Source: Sphingopyxis sp. (GTDB taxonomy: Bacteria > Pseudomonadota > Alphaproteobacteria > Sphingomonadales > Sphingomonadaceae). From it: a stretch of DNA of 34,832 nt. Position numbers and translations under genes: made by a program. Positions within the stretch are counted from its first letter, which is position 1. Every line of letters begins with the position of its first letter. Below are positions 18,179 to 26,898 of this stretch, piece after piece. The notes beneath the pieces are model-generated. The model worked only from the letters and a program-made list of their open reading frames with translations, did not search any database and had not been told where the DNA came from. Location of the stretch: the NCBI GenBank assembly GCA_026125835.1, contig JAHCKJ010000001.1, positions 1-34,832 on the forward strand. Reading direction: 5' to 3'.

Positions 18179-19549
18179 ATGCGCATGCCTTACGCCCCGC
18201 TCGCCCTCGCCGCCGCCCTGCTCGCCGCTGCGCCCGTCCATGCCAAACCTGCCGACGCCGACGCCGCGAAGCAGATCCTGAAGGACAGCATCGCGATCCC
18301 GACGGTCGAGGGGCGCGGCAGTGCCCGAACTGGCGGCCTATTATGCCAGGGTGCTGAAGGCGGCGGGCTATGCCGACAGCGACATCGAAATCACCCCGAT
18401 GGGCGAAACCGCAACCCTGGCGTGACGCTGACCGGCACGACGAAGAAGAAACCGATCCTGCTGCTCGGCCATATGGATGTTGTCGCGGCCGACCCGAAGG
18501 ACTGGACGCGCGATCGTTCGTGCCGGTCGAGGAGAATGGCCATATTTTTTCGGTAACGGGTCGGAGGACAACAAGTTCGACATCGCGATGATGGTGGCGA
18601 CGATGGCGCAACTCAAACGCGACGGCTTCAAGCCGCAGCGTTCGATCATCCTGTTATGACGGGGGACGAAAAGAAACCCAGATGGTGACGACCCGCGCTC
18701 GCCGCCCCAATAAGGACGCCGGGTAGCATTGAACGGCGACGGCGGCGAGAAGGACGCTCGGCGAGGATGGCAAGCCGCAATATTACGGAGCTGCAGGCGG
18801 GCGAAAAAACCTACGCCGACTTCACGCTCGAAGTCACCAACCCCGGCGGTCACAGCTCGCGCCCGTCGCCGATCAACGCGATTGTCCAACTCGCCGCGGC
18901 GCTCGAAAAGGTCGGCGCCTATAAATTCGCGGCGCAGCAGAACGAGCTGACGAAGATCGGCCTGCCGATCGTCGCCGAACAGGTCGGCGGCGACATCGGC
19001 GCCGCGCTCAAGGCGTTCGCCGCCAATCCGGCCGACGAAGCGGCGATCACCAAGATCCGCGCCGACCCCGAATATGTCGGCCAGATCGGCACCACCTGCG
19101 TGCCGACGCTGGTCAAGGGCGGCCATGCCGAAAATGCGCTGCCGCAGCGCGCGACCGCGAACATCAACTGCCGCATCTTCCCCGGCGTGCCGGTCGAAAG
19201 CGTGCGCGCCGAGCTTGAGCGCGTGATCGCCGATCCGGCGGTCAAGGTTCACACCGATCCCGACGCCAGCGCCAGCGACGCCTCGCCGCTGCGCCCCGAC
19301 GTCATGGCGGCGGTCAAAAAGGCAGTCCACGCCCGCGCCCCCGGCCTGCCGATCATCCCCTCGATGAGCGCAGGCGCCACCGACAGCTATCATTTCCGGA
19401 TGCAGGGCGTGCCGAGCTATGGCGTTGCGGGACTGTTTTCGAAAGCCAGCGACAGCTTCGCCCACGGCCTCAACGAACGGGTGCCGGTCGACGCGATCGC
19501 TCCTGCGCTGGCGCATTGGGACAGTTTGCTCAGGGATTTGTCGAAGTAG
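18179..19549 (+). CDS. Secreted M20/M25/M40 metallo-hydrolase; multiple frameshifts at 18315-18790 (sequence error or pseudogene)
   Basis: Signal peptide, GHMDVV, EDNK, GDEE (broken), GEKTYADF, GGHSSRP, GATDS and HGLNER. The C-terminal 250 aa are intact. Confidence 0.8.
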
Positions 19550-19564
19550 GCGTGCTAATCAGGT

Positions 19565-19655
19565 CGTCGCCCCCGCGCAGGCGGGGGCCGCCATCGGCTT
19601 TTCACGGCGGTGTGGATCAATGTGGCCAGCGGCCCCCGTCTGCGCGGGGGCGACG
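19565..19655. repeat. REP-like element (CGTCGCCCCCGCGCAGGCGGGGGCC family)
   Basis: 27-bp inverted arms at 19565-19591 and 19629-19655 with one G-T mismatch; each arm is itself a hairpin. Confidence 0.88.
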
Positions 19656-19656
19656 T

Positions 19657-20247
19657 TTAAACCAATGCCGCAACCGCCCGCTCGATCATCGCCACCGCCG
19701 CATCGGCGCCGAAACTGCCCGCGTCGAGCGACAGCTCGAGCCACAGCCCGTCGACCATCGCGGTCAGCATGATCGCCAGCCGCTCGGCATCGCGCGCGCC
19801 GCAGGCGGTCAGCAGCTCGCCCAGCCGCGCGCGGTAGCCGGCGTAACTTTCGGCGTGAATATCCGCCATCCGCGCGTCGCTGCGCGCCAGCGCCCAGAAG
19901 GCGGTCCACGCCCCCAGCAGTTCGGGATCGGTGACCGGGGCGCGGAAACTCGCGGTCAGATACGCCAGCAACCGCGCCCGCGGGTCGGCTCCGGCGCTCG
20001 CCACGGCGGCGGCAAAAATCGCGTCCATCCGGTCGCTCGTCGCCTGGTACGTCGCCGCGACCAGATCGTCGATGCCATCGAAATAATGGCGCAGCAGCCC
20101 CGGCGACACCCCCGCCTTCGCACAGATCGCGCGCACATTCGTCCCCGCCAGCCCATGCTCCGCCAACACCGCCGCGGTCGCCTCGATCAGGTCCGCCCGG
20201 CGGGCATCGGCGCTTTCGCGCGTAAAGGCTTGGCGAGCGGGCTGCAT
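19657..20247 (-). CDS. TetR family regulator, BetI-like
   Basis: RRADLIEAT and ICAKAGVSPGLLRHYF (HTH); AWTAFW and AMVDGLWLE resemble the BetI C-terminal domain. Confidence 0.88.
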   Translation of the reverse strand: MQPARQAFTRESADARRADLIEATAAVLAEHGLAGTNVRAICAKAGVSPGLLRHYFDGIDDLVAATYQATSDRMDAIFAAAVASAGADPRARLLAYLTASFRAPVTDPELLGAWTAFWALARSDARMADIHAESYAGYRARLGELLTACGARDAERLAIMLTAMVDGLWLELSLDAGSFGADAAVAMIERAVAALV

Positions 20248-20271
20248 CTTGTTATACGTTTGTATAACAAG
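20248..20271. promoter_or_regulatory. Operator palindrome between the TetR and Rieske genes
   Basis: CTTGTTATAC-gttt-GTATAACAAG is a perfect 10-bp inverted repeat filling most of the 33-bp divergent gap. Confidence 0.85.
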
Positions 20272-20280
20272 GATCGATTC

Positions 20281-21447
20281 ATGGCAACGCTGCGCGACAC
20301 TTTCGACCACATCGACGAACTCGACGGCTGGTCGCTCCCCGCCTGGACCTACAGCGACCCCGACTTCTACGCCGCAGAAATGGCGCGGATCTTCCGCCCC
20401 AGCTGGCAGGTCGTCTGCCACGACAGCGACATCCCGAACCCCGGCGACTGGCACAGCATCGATTATTGCGGCGAAAGCGTCCTCGTCGTGCGCGGCGCCG
20501 ACCGCATCGTGCGCGCCTTCACCAACGTCTGCCGCCACCGCGGCTCGCGGCTGGTCGATGGGTCAGCAGGCTGCGCGAAAAAGCTCGTCTGTCCCTATCA
20601 CGCCTGGACCTACGACCTGGACGGCCGTCTGACCGGGGTGCCCGACAGCGCGAGCTATCCGACGCTCGACAAAGCAAAGGCATCGCTGGTGCCGGTCGGC
20701 CTCGAGCAATGGCGTGGTTTCTGGTTCGTGCGCCTGACCGGCGATGGCGGACCCTCGGTCGCCACGATGATGGCGCCCTATGAGGAACAGGTTGCACCCT
20801 ACCGCTTCGAGGAACTCGGCGCTTTGGGCCGCGTCACCCTCCGCCCGCGCGACGTGAACTGGAAAAATGTCGGCGACAATTATTCGGACGGCCTCCACAT
20901 CCCCGTCGCCCACCCGGGACTGACCCGCCTGTTCGGCAAAAGCTATGGCGTCGAGGCGACGACCCACGTCGACCGGATGTGGGGCGACCTGATCGACCGG
21001 CCGTCGGTCAATTGGTCCGAACGCATGTACCAGCGGCTGCTGCCGCCGGTTCCGCACCTGCCGCAAGCGAGCCAGCGCCACTGGCTCTATTTCAAGCTGT
21101 GGCCCAATGTCGCCTTCGACATCTATCCCGACCAGGTCGATTTCATGCAATGGCTGCCGACCGGCCCGACGAGCTGCCTGATCCGCGAAATCAGCTATGT
21201 CCTCCCCGATGACCGCCGCGAAATGAAGGCGGCGCGCTACCTCAACTGGCGGATCAACCGTCAGGTCAACGCCGAGGATACCGTGCTCATCACCCGCGTC
21301 CAGCAGGGCATGGCGTCGCAGAGCTTCACCATCGGGCCGCTCAGCGACAAGGAAGTGTGCCTCAAGCATTTCTGCGCGCGGATGCGCGAACTGATCCCCG
21401 AATCCCGCCTCGAACAAGCCCCGCGTGCGGGATGGAGCAAAGCATGA
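20281..21447 (+). CDS. Rieske non-heme iron oxygenase alpha subunit, choline monooxygenase/betaine demethylase-like
   Basis: CRHRG...CPYHAW Rieske motif, NWK...DGLHIPVAHP and C-terminal ED mononuclear Fe ligands; no beta-subunit gene. Confidence 0.92.
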   Translation: MATLRDTFDHIDELDGWSLPAWTYSDPDFYAAEMARIFRPSWQVVCHDSDIPNPGDWHSIDYCGESVLVVRGADRIVRAFTNVCRHRGSRLVDGSAGCAKKLVCPYHAWTYDLDGRLTGVPDSASYPTLDKAKASLVPVGLEQWRGFWFVRLTGDGGPSVATMMAPYEEQVAPYRFEELGALGRVTLRPRDVNWKNVGDNYSDGLHIPVAHPGLTRLFGKSYGVEATTHVDRMWGDLIDRPSVNWSERMYQRLLPPVPHLPQASQRHWLYFKLWPNVAFDIYPDQVDFMQWLPTGPTSCLIREISYVLPDDRREMKAARYLNWRINRQVNAEDTVLITRVQQGMASQSFTIGPLSDKEVCLKHFCARMRELIPESRLEQAPRAGWSKA

Positions 21448-23046
21448 CCAAGCAGTATGACGCCCTGATCATCGGCGCCGGCCACAATGGCCTTGTCTGC
21501 GCTTTCTATCTGGCGCGGGCGGGGCTGAAGGTGCGGATTGTCGAGGCGCGCGACGTCGTCGGCGGCGCCGCGGTGACCGAGGAATTTGCCCCGGGTTTCC
21601 GCAATTCGGTGGCGAGCTACACGGTCAGCCTGCTCCAGCCCAAGGTCATCGCCGACATGAAGCTCGCCGATCATGGCTACCGCGTGATCGAGCGGCCGAT
21701 CAGCAATTTCCTGCCGCAGGAAGATGGCGGCTATTTGAAGCTCGGCGGCGGGCTCGAGCGCACGCAACAGGAATTTGCCCGCTTCTCCGCGCACGACGCG
21801 GCGCGGCTGCCCGCATATTATGATATGCTCGAAGGCGTCGCCGACGTGCTCCGCGATCTCGCGCTCAAATCGCCGCCCAACGTCGGCGACGGGTTCAAGA
21901 CCTTGATCGACGCCGCGCGGCAGGGGCGCGGCCTCGCCAAACTCAGCCTGTCGCAGCAGCGCGATGTGCTCGAACTCTTCACCAAATCGGCGCGCACCTT
22001 CCTCGACAGCTGGTTCGAAAGCGAGGCGGTCAAGGCCGCGTTCGGCTTCGACGCGGTGGTCGGCAATTATGCCAGCCCGGACACCCCGGGCAGCGCCTAT
22101 GTCCTGCTCCACCACGTCTTTGGCGAGGTGAATGGCAAGAAAGGCGCGTGGGGCCACAGCGTCGGCGGCATGGGCGCGATTACGCAGATGATGGCGAAGG
22201 TCTGCACCCGGCTGGGGGTCGAGATCAGCCTCGAAGCGCCGGTGTCGCGGGTGCTTGTCGATGGCGGCAAGGCGGTCGGGGTCAAGCTGGTCGGCGGCGA
22301 GGAAATCGCCGCTGACCGCGTCATCGCCAATGTCGGCCCGAAACTCCTCTACGAACGGATGTTCGACGAAGGCGACATCGCGCCCGAGTTCCGCCGCCGG
22401 ATCAAGGCGTTCAAGGCGGGCAGCGGGACGTTCCGCATGAATGTCGCGCTCAGCGAGCTGCCGCTTCCTTGCTTGCCCGAACGCGGCGAGCATCATCAGT
22501 CGGGGATCATCCTCGCCCCGACGCTCGATTATATGGACCGCGCGCCTTCCTCGACGCGAAACATGGCTGGTCGAAGCAGCCGATCGTCAGAAATGCTGAT
22601 CCCCTCGACCGTCGATGACAAGCCTCAACCCCTCCCTGGCCAGCATGTCGCGAGCCTGTTCTGCCAGCAGTTCGCTCCCGAACTGCCCGATGGACGCGAC
22701 TGGGACGCCGAGGAAGAGTGCCGCCGGCTTCATCATCGACACCGTCGAAGCGCACGCCCCCGGTTTTCGCGCCTCGATCGTCGGCCGCCAGATCCTAAGT
22801 CCCAAGGGGCTCGAACGCAAGTTTGGCCTCGTCGGCGGCGACATCATGCACGGCAATATGAGCCTCGACCAGCTATGGTCGGCGCGCCCGGTGCTCGGCA
22901 ACGGCGCGTATCGCGGGCCGCTCAAGGGTCTCTATATGTGCGGCGCCGGCACGCATCCCGGCGGCGGCGTCACCGGTGCGCCGGGGCATAATGCCGCGCA
23001 CGTGATCCTGCGCGATCGGGGTTTGTTCGCGCCGCGCTGGCGGTAG
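21444..23046 (+). CDS. FAD-dependent oxidoreductase, COG1233 (phytoene desaturase-like/PYROXD2-like); frameshifts at 22460-22725
   Basis: GAGHNGL, GGAAVTEE, SAYVLLHH, GGMG, GGDIMHG and LYMCGAGTHPGGGVTGAPGHNAA; ATGA overlap with the Rieske stop. Confidence 0.88.
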
Positions 23047-23053
23047 CGCGCGC

Positions 23054-24355
23054 TCAGGCAGTCGCGGCGATCCGTGCCGCGGCAAAACGCGTCCAGGCAT
23101 AGAGCGGCAGGCCTGCCGCCATCAGCACCAGGCTGAGCGCGCTGACGCTTATCCCGGCCCCCCACAAGGTCCACAGCGCATAGGAAAGGCCGATCAGCGC
23201 GACCGGGATCGCAACGCGCAGCCGCAAGGCGGCGGCGGCGCAGGCGAGGTACAGCCACAGTGTCACCGACGTCGACAGCACCGCCATAAAGGTGAACATC
23301 TCGCTGGTCGATTTATTGTTGTTCAGCACCACGCATGCGGTGGCGATCAGGCTGGACAGCAAAAGCGAGACAGCCGGGGTGCCGTGCCGGTTCTGCCGCG
23401 CCAGCCAGCCAGGCAGCAGACCCCGTTCGGCCAGCCGCGCGGGCTGTTCGGCCTGGATCAGCGTCCAGCCGTTGAGCGCGCCGAGCGCACTGATCGCGGC
23501 AAATGCGGCGATCCACGCCCCTGGTCCGGGTCCCCCATAGGTTTCGACGAAAAGCGAAAAGGGCGCCTCCGACGCGGCCACCGCGGCGGGCGGCAGCATC
23601 AGCGCGATCGCCGAACAAACGACCAGATAGATCAGCCCCGTCGCCAAGGTTCCGATCATCGTCGCGCGCGGGATATTGACCGCCGGCCGGTCGACTTTGG
23701 CGGCGGCGACGCTCGCCGATTCGAAACCGAGCAAGGCCCACAGGGTCAGAATTGCCGAACCGCTGACCGCCGTGAGCGACAGGCCGTCGACGGGGAAAGG
23801 GGTCAAAACGACCGGTTCGCCGCGCGAAAAGGCGATGGGGATCAGGATGATGACGGCCAGCAGCGGGATCAGCTTGATCGCCAGCGTGACGACCTGGAAC
23901 CCGCCGCTGGCGCGGGCGCCCTGCCAGTTGACCGCGGTAACGATCCAGATCAGCGCGATCGTCGATATCGCCATATGCTGCCCCAGCACCGGCATGAACA
24001 GGCTGAGAAAGCTGACCGCCGCGACCGCCAGCGTGACGTTGGCGGTCCACACCGACACCCAATAGGCCCAGCCGATCATGAAGCTGGGGATGCGGCCAAA
24101 GGCGCGCTCGACAAAGCCCGTAGGCCCGCCGGCGTCGGGGTGAGCGATGGTCAGCCGGGCAAGAACGAAGGCGAGCGCAAGCGCGCCGCCGATGGTGATC
24201 GCCCAGCCGACGACACCGTTCCAGCCAAAGGGGGCAAGGCTGGCCGGAAGCAGAAATACCCCCGAACCGATCATATTGCCCATGACCAGCGCGATCGCCA
24301 TCGAAAGGCCAAGCTTGCGCCTTGGCCTTTCGTGGGGATTTGTCGTCGCGGTCAC
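23054..24355 (-). CDS. APC-superfamily amino acid permease (PotE/CadB-like)
   Basis: GNMIGSGVFLLPASLA, GWAYW, LWALLGFESA and NIPRAT; 12 TM; starts 4 bp after the receptor stop. Confidence 0.9.
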   Translation of the reverse strand: MTATTNPHERPRRKLGLSMAIALVMGNMIGSGVFLLPASLAPFGWNGVVGWAITIGGALALAFVLARLTIAHPDAGGPTGFVERAFGRIPSFMIGWAYWVSVWTANVTLAVAAVSFLSLFMPVLGQHMAISTIALIWIVTAVNWQGARASGGFQVVTLAIKLIPLLAVIILIPIAFSRGEPVVLTPFPVDGLSLTAVSGSAILTLWALLGFESASVAAAKVDRPAVNIPRATMIGTLATGLIYLVVCSAIALMLPPAAVAASEAPFSLFVETYGGPGPGAWIAAFAAISALGALNGWTLIQAEQPARLAERGLLPGWLARQNRHGTPAVSLLLSSLIATACVVLNNNKSTSEMFTFMAVLSTSVTLWLYLACAAAALRLRVAIPVALIGLSYALWTLWGAGISVSALSLVLMAAGLPLYAWTRFAAARIAATA

Positions 24356-24359
24356 CCGG

Positions 24360-26744
24360 TCAGAAGTCCTTGCTCACCTTGATTCCGATCAGCCGCGGCC
24401 GGATGACATTGTCATAGAAAACGCCGCCGGTGCTGCTGATCCCGTCGGGATCGCCACAGATCGATTCGCCGCACTGGACCGCGCTGTTGATGACGCCGCG
24501 GCTGTTGAACAAATTGGTCGCGAACAACTCGCCGCTCCAGCCCTCGCCCTTGACGCCAAAGCTGATGTCGGCGGTGGTATAGGCTTTGAAATTGCCGACG
24601 ATGCCGTTCTCGAACGGCCGGAGGTCCGACCGGCGCTTGCCGATATGGTTGGCCGCAAACTGGACGTGGCCGTCCATGCCGCCGACCGGAAAGACATAGC
24701 GCGCGATCGCATTGCCCTTGAATTTGGCGGTGACTGGCAGGCGCGAACCGGCAGGCGCCAGCAGCGCGTTGGTCTGCCCCGGCGGATTGATCGTGCAATC
24801 GAAAGTGGGATTGGCGATGCGGCAGAAATCGCGCCGGATCGTCGCGTCGTTATAACTGCCGCCCAGGCTGACCGACAAACCCCCCGACCGATAGTTGAGA
24901 TCGGCCTCGATCCCGCGGATGCGCGCGATCCCGGCGTTGCGGATTTCGGTCAGGCCGTTGGCGCCCAGGAACGACAGCTGGATGCCGTTCCAATCCTGTT
25001 GGTACACGGCGCCATTGAACCGCAGCGGCCCGAACGACGTTTTCCAGCCGAACTCGTAATTGTCGAGCGTATCGGGGCTGTAGGGAGGCAATGTCCCGCG
25101 CCGGTTGATCCCGCCCGGGCGGAAACCGCGCGACCAGGTGCCGTACAGCATCACATCGTCGCTGACCTTGTAGGTCAGGTTGAGCTTGTGAATGAAGTCG
25201 GTGTCCTTGGTCCGCTTGTCGAGGTTGGTACAGGGCGAACCGGCCACGATGGTCGGCGCGAAGCAGGCGGCTTCGCCCGTCCGGCTGCTGAACCCTGCCG
25301 AATAGCCGAAGAAACCGACCAGGCTGTTGTCGAACTTATACACGCGCCCGCCGCCGGTCAGCGTCAGCTTGTCGGTGATATCGAAACTGATTTCGCCGAA
25401 CGCCGCATAGTCGCGGTCGATGCGGAGCTGCTTGGTCAGCCAGATATTGCTGTCGGTGCCGGTGACCGTGATCGCGTCGGCGATATTGTCGATGATGTAA
25501 TTCTGTTCGATATTGTGCGACTGGCGCTGCCAGAACAGGCCGCCGATAAAGCGGATGCGCGCATCGGCGGGCGAGGCGACGCGGATTTCGGCGAAGCTGC
25601 GCTTGTAGCGGTCGACGCCCTGGATATATTGGTTCGGATTGACCGGGTTGCCATTGTTGTCGGTGAAATAGGCGCCATAGCCATAGAGCGCGTCATAGAA
25701 ATAGGCATAGTCCGAATAGTCGCTTTCGGTCTCGGTCTTGCGGCGCAGATGGCCCCCGGTCGCCGTCAAATCCCAGCTGCCGATCTTGCCCTCGATCGTC
25801 ATCGCGGCCTGGATCCATTTGTCGTCGCCGCGTTCGGGGTTGTATTGCACCGTTTGCAGGGTGCGGCTGACCGCGGTCGAGCGTTCCTGGGCAAAGCTGC
25901 CGTTCGCCTTCTGGACCTGTCCCATCACATTGGGACGGATCGTCCAGTCGTCGTCGAGTTCGATGCCAAGCGCGAGGCGCGCGCCATAGGTATCGACATC
26001 GTTATAGTCCTTTTCGACCAGATTGGCGTTCGACTGGGTAATACCGCTCGTCGGATAGGTGCGGCTGCCCGCGATATTGTCGATATAGCCGGCATCGTGG
26101 CGATACCAGCCCACGAGGCGCAGCGCCGCGCGCTCGCCGAGCGCCGCGTTGACGAAGCCTTCGCCCACTCCGCCGATGCCGCCGCGCGATACCGAATTGA
26201 GCTCCAATCCCATCGACCCGTATGTGCCGCTGGTGTCGGGCTGGTTGGTGACCAGCTTGATCGTGCCCGCCATCGAACTGGCGCCGTACAGCGTCCCCTG
26301 CGGCCCCGCCAGCGCCTCGACGCGCGCCAGATCGTAAGCGTGAATGTCGAGCGCGCCCTGGATCGTCGTGATCGGCATTTCGTCGAGATAGGTGCCGACG
26401 GTCGGCAGCGACGCCGAGTGGTTGGCATTCTCACCCGACGCGACGCCGCGGAAATAGACCTGGCTGAACCCGGGGGCGAGCGTCTGGATCGTTACCGACG
26501 GCAGGAATTTCACGACGTCCTGAAATTCCTTGACCTGCAACTCGTCGAGCCGCTCGGCGCCGATCGCGGTGATTGCCAGCGGCACGTCCTGCAGATTCTG
26601 CTCGCGCTTTGACGCGGTGACAACAATGTCGCGATCGTCGTTCGTCGTCGCACCCTGCGCCAGCGCCGTGCCCGACGTGCACAGGATCGTGCTGCCCAGC
26701 AGCAGTGCGCCGCCGCGTGCCAGCTTTGCCGAAACTTTCATCAT
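24360..26744 (-). CDS. TonB-dependent receptor
   Basis: Signal peptide, TonB box region DIVVTASKREQNLQDVP, RVEALAGPQGTLYG, C-terminal Phe; GAGGGG RBS. Confidence 0.95.
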   Translation of the reverse strand: MMKVSAKLARGGALLLGSTILCTSGTALAQGATTNDDRDIVVTASKREQNLQDVPLAITAIGAERLDELQVKEFQDVVKFLPSVTIQTLAPGFSQVYFRGVASGENANHSASLPTVGTYLDEMPITTIQGALDIHAYDLARVEALAGPQGTLYGASSMAGTIKLVTNQPDTSGTYGSMGLELNSVSRGGIGGVGEGFVNAALGERAALRLVGWYRHDAGYIDNIAGSRTYPTSGITQSNANLVEKDYNDVDTYGARLALGIELDDDWTIRPNVMGQVQKANGSFAQERSTAVSRTLQTVQYNPERGDDKWIQAAMTIEGKIGSWDLTATGGHLRRKTETESDYSDYAYFYDALYGYGAYFTDNNGNPVNPNQYIQGVDRYKRSFAEIRVASPADARIRFIGGLFWQRQSHNIEQNYIIDNIADAITVTGTDSNIWLTKQLRIDRDYAAFGEISFDITDKLTLTGGGRVYKFDNSLVGFFGYSAGFSSRTGEAACFAPTIVAGSPCTNLDKRTKDTDFIHKLNLTYKVSDDVMLYGTWSRGFRPGGINRRGTLPPYSPDTLDNYEFGWKTSFGPLRFNGAVYQQDWNGIQLSFLGANGLTEIRNAGIARIRGIEADLNYRSGGLSVSLGGSYNDATIRRDFCRIANPTFDCTINPPGQTNALLAPAGSRLPVTAKFKGNAIARYVFPVGGMDGHVQFAANHIGKRRSDLRPFENGIVGNFKAYTTADISFGVKGEGWSGELFATNLFNSRGVINSAVQCGESICGDPDGISSTGGVFYDNVIRPRLIGIKVSKDF

Positions 26745-26758
26745 GAGACCCCCCTCGA

Positions 26759-26785
26759 ATGACAACTGTATGACGACAGCATGAC
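26759..26785 (-). promoter_or_regulatory. Triple 11-bp-period GTCAT direct repeat (pho-box/OmpR-family-like)
   Basis: Plus-strand ATGAC at 26759, 26770 and 26781; TTGACA on the minus strand at 26794-26799. Confidence 0.5.
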
Positions 26786-26898
26786 GCAGCACCTGTCAAG
26801 CGCAAGCCTTGTTCGCCGTACCGGTACGCTGCTGGTGGAAAATGTCGCCTTCTGTTGCTGAAAGGCAACGATTCGTCGCCGTCAATCGACGCTTCGCT

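Noticed and set aside
19516-20280. N-terminal extension making the Rieske ORF 643 aa
   Set aside because: It runs through a REP element and antisense to the TetR gene; the real start is ATG 20281 with an AAGGA RBS.
21444-23046. Carotenoid biosynthesis (crtI/crtO) interpretation
   Set aside because: No crtB, crtE or crtY nearby; the context is amine/amino-acid catabolism. Not formally excluded without a phylogeny.
24147-26612. 821-aa plus-strand ORF
   Set aside because: Antisense shadow of the TonB receptor, caused by GC-rich codon bias; no motifs.
26755-26775. Second copy of the TetR operator before the receptor
   Set aside because: The best alignment (TCATACagttGTCATT) matches only about half the positions; the direct-repeat reading fits better.
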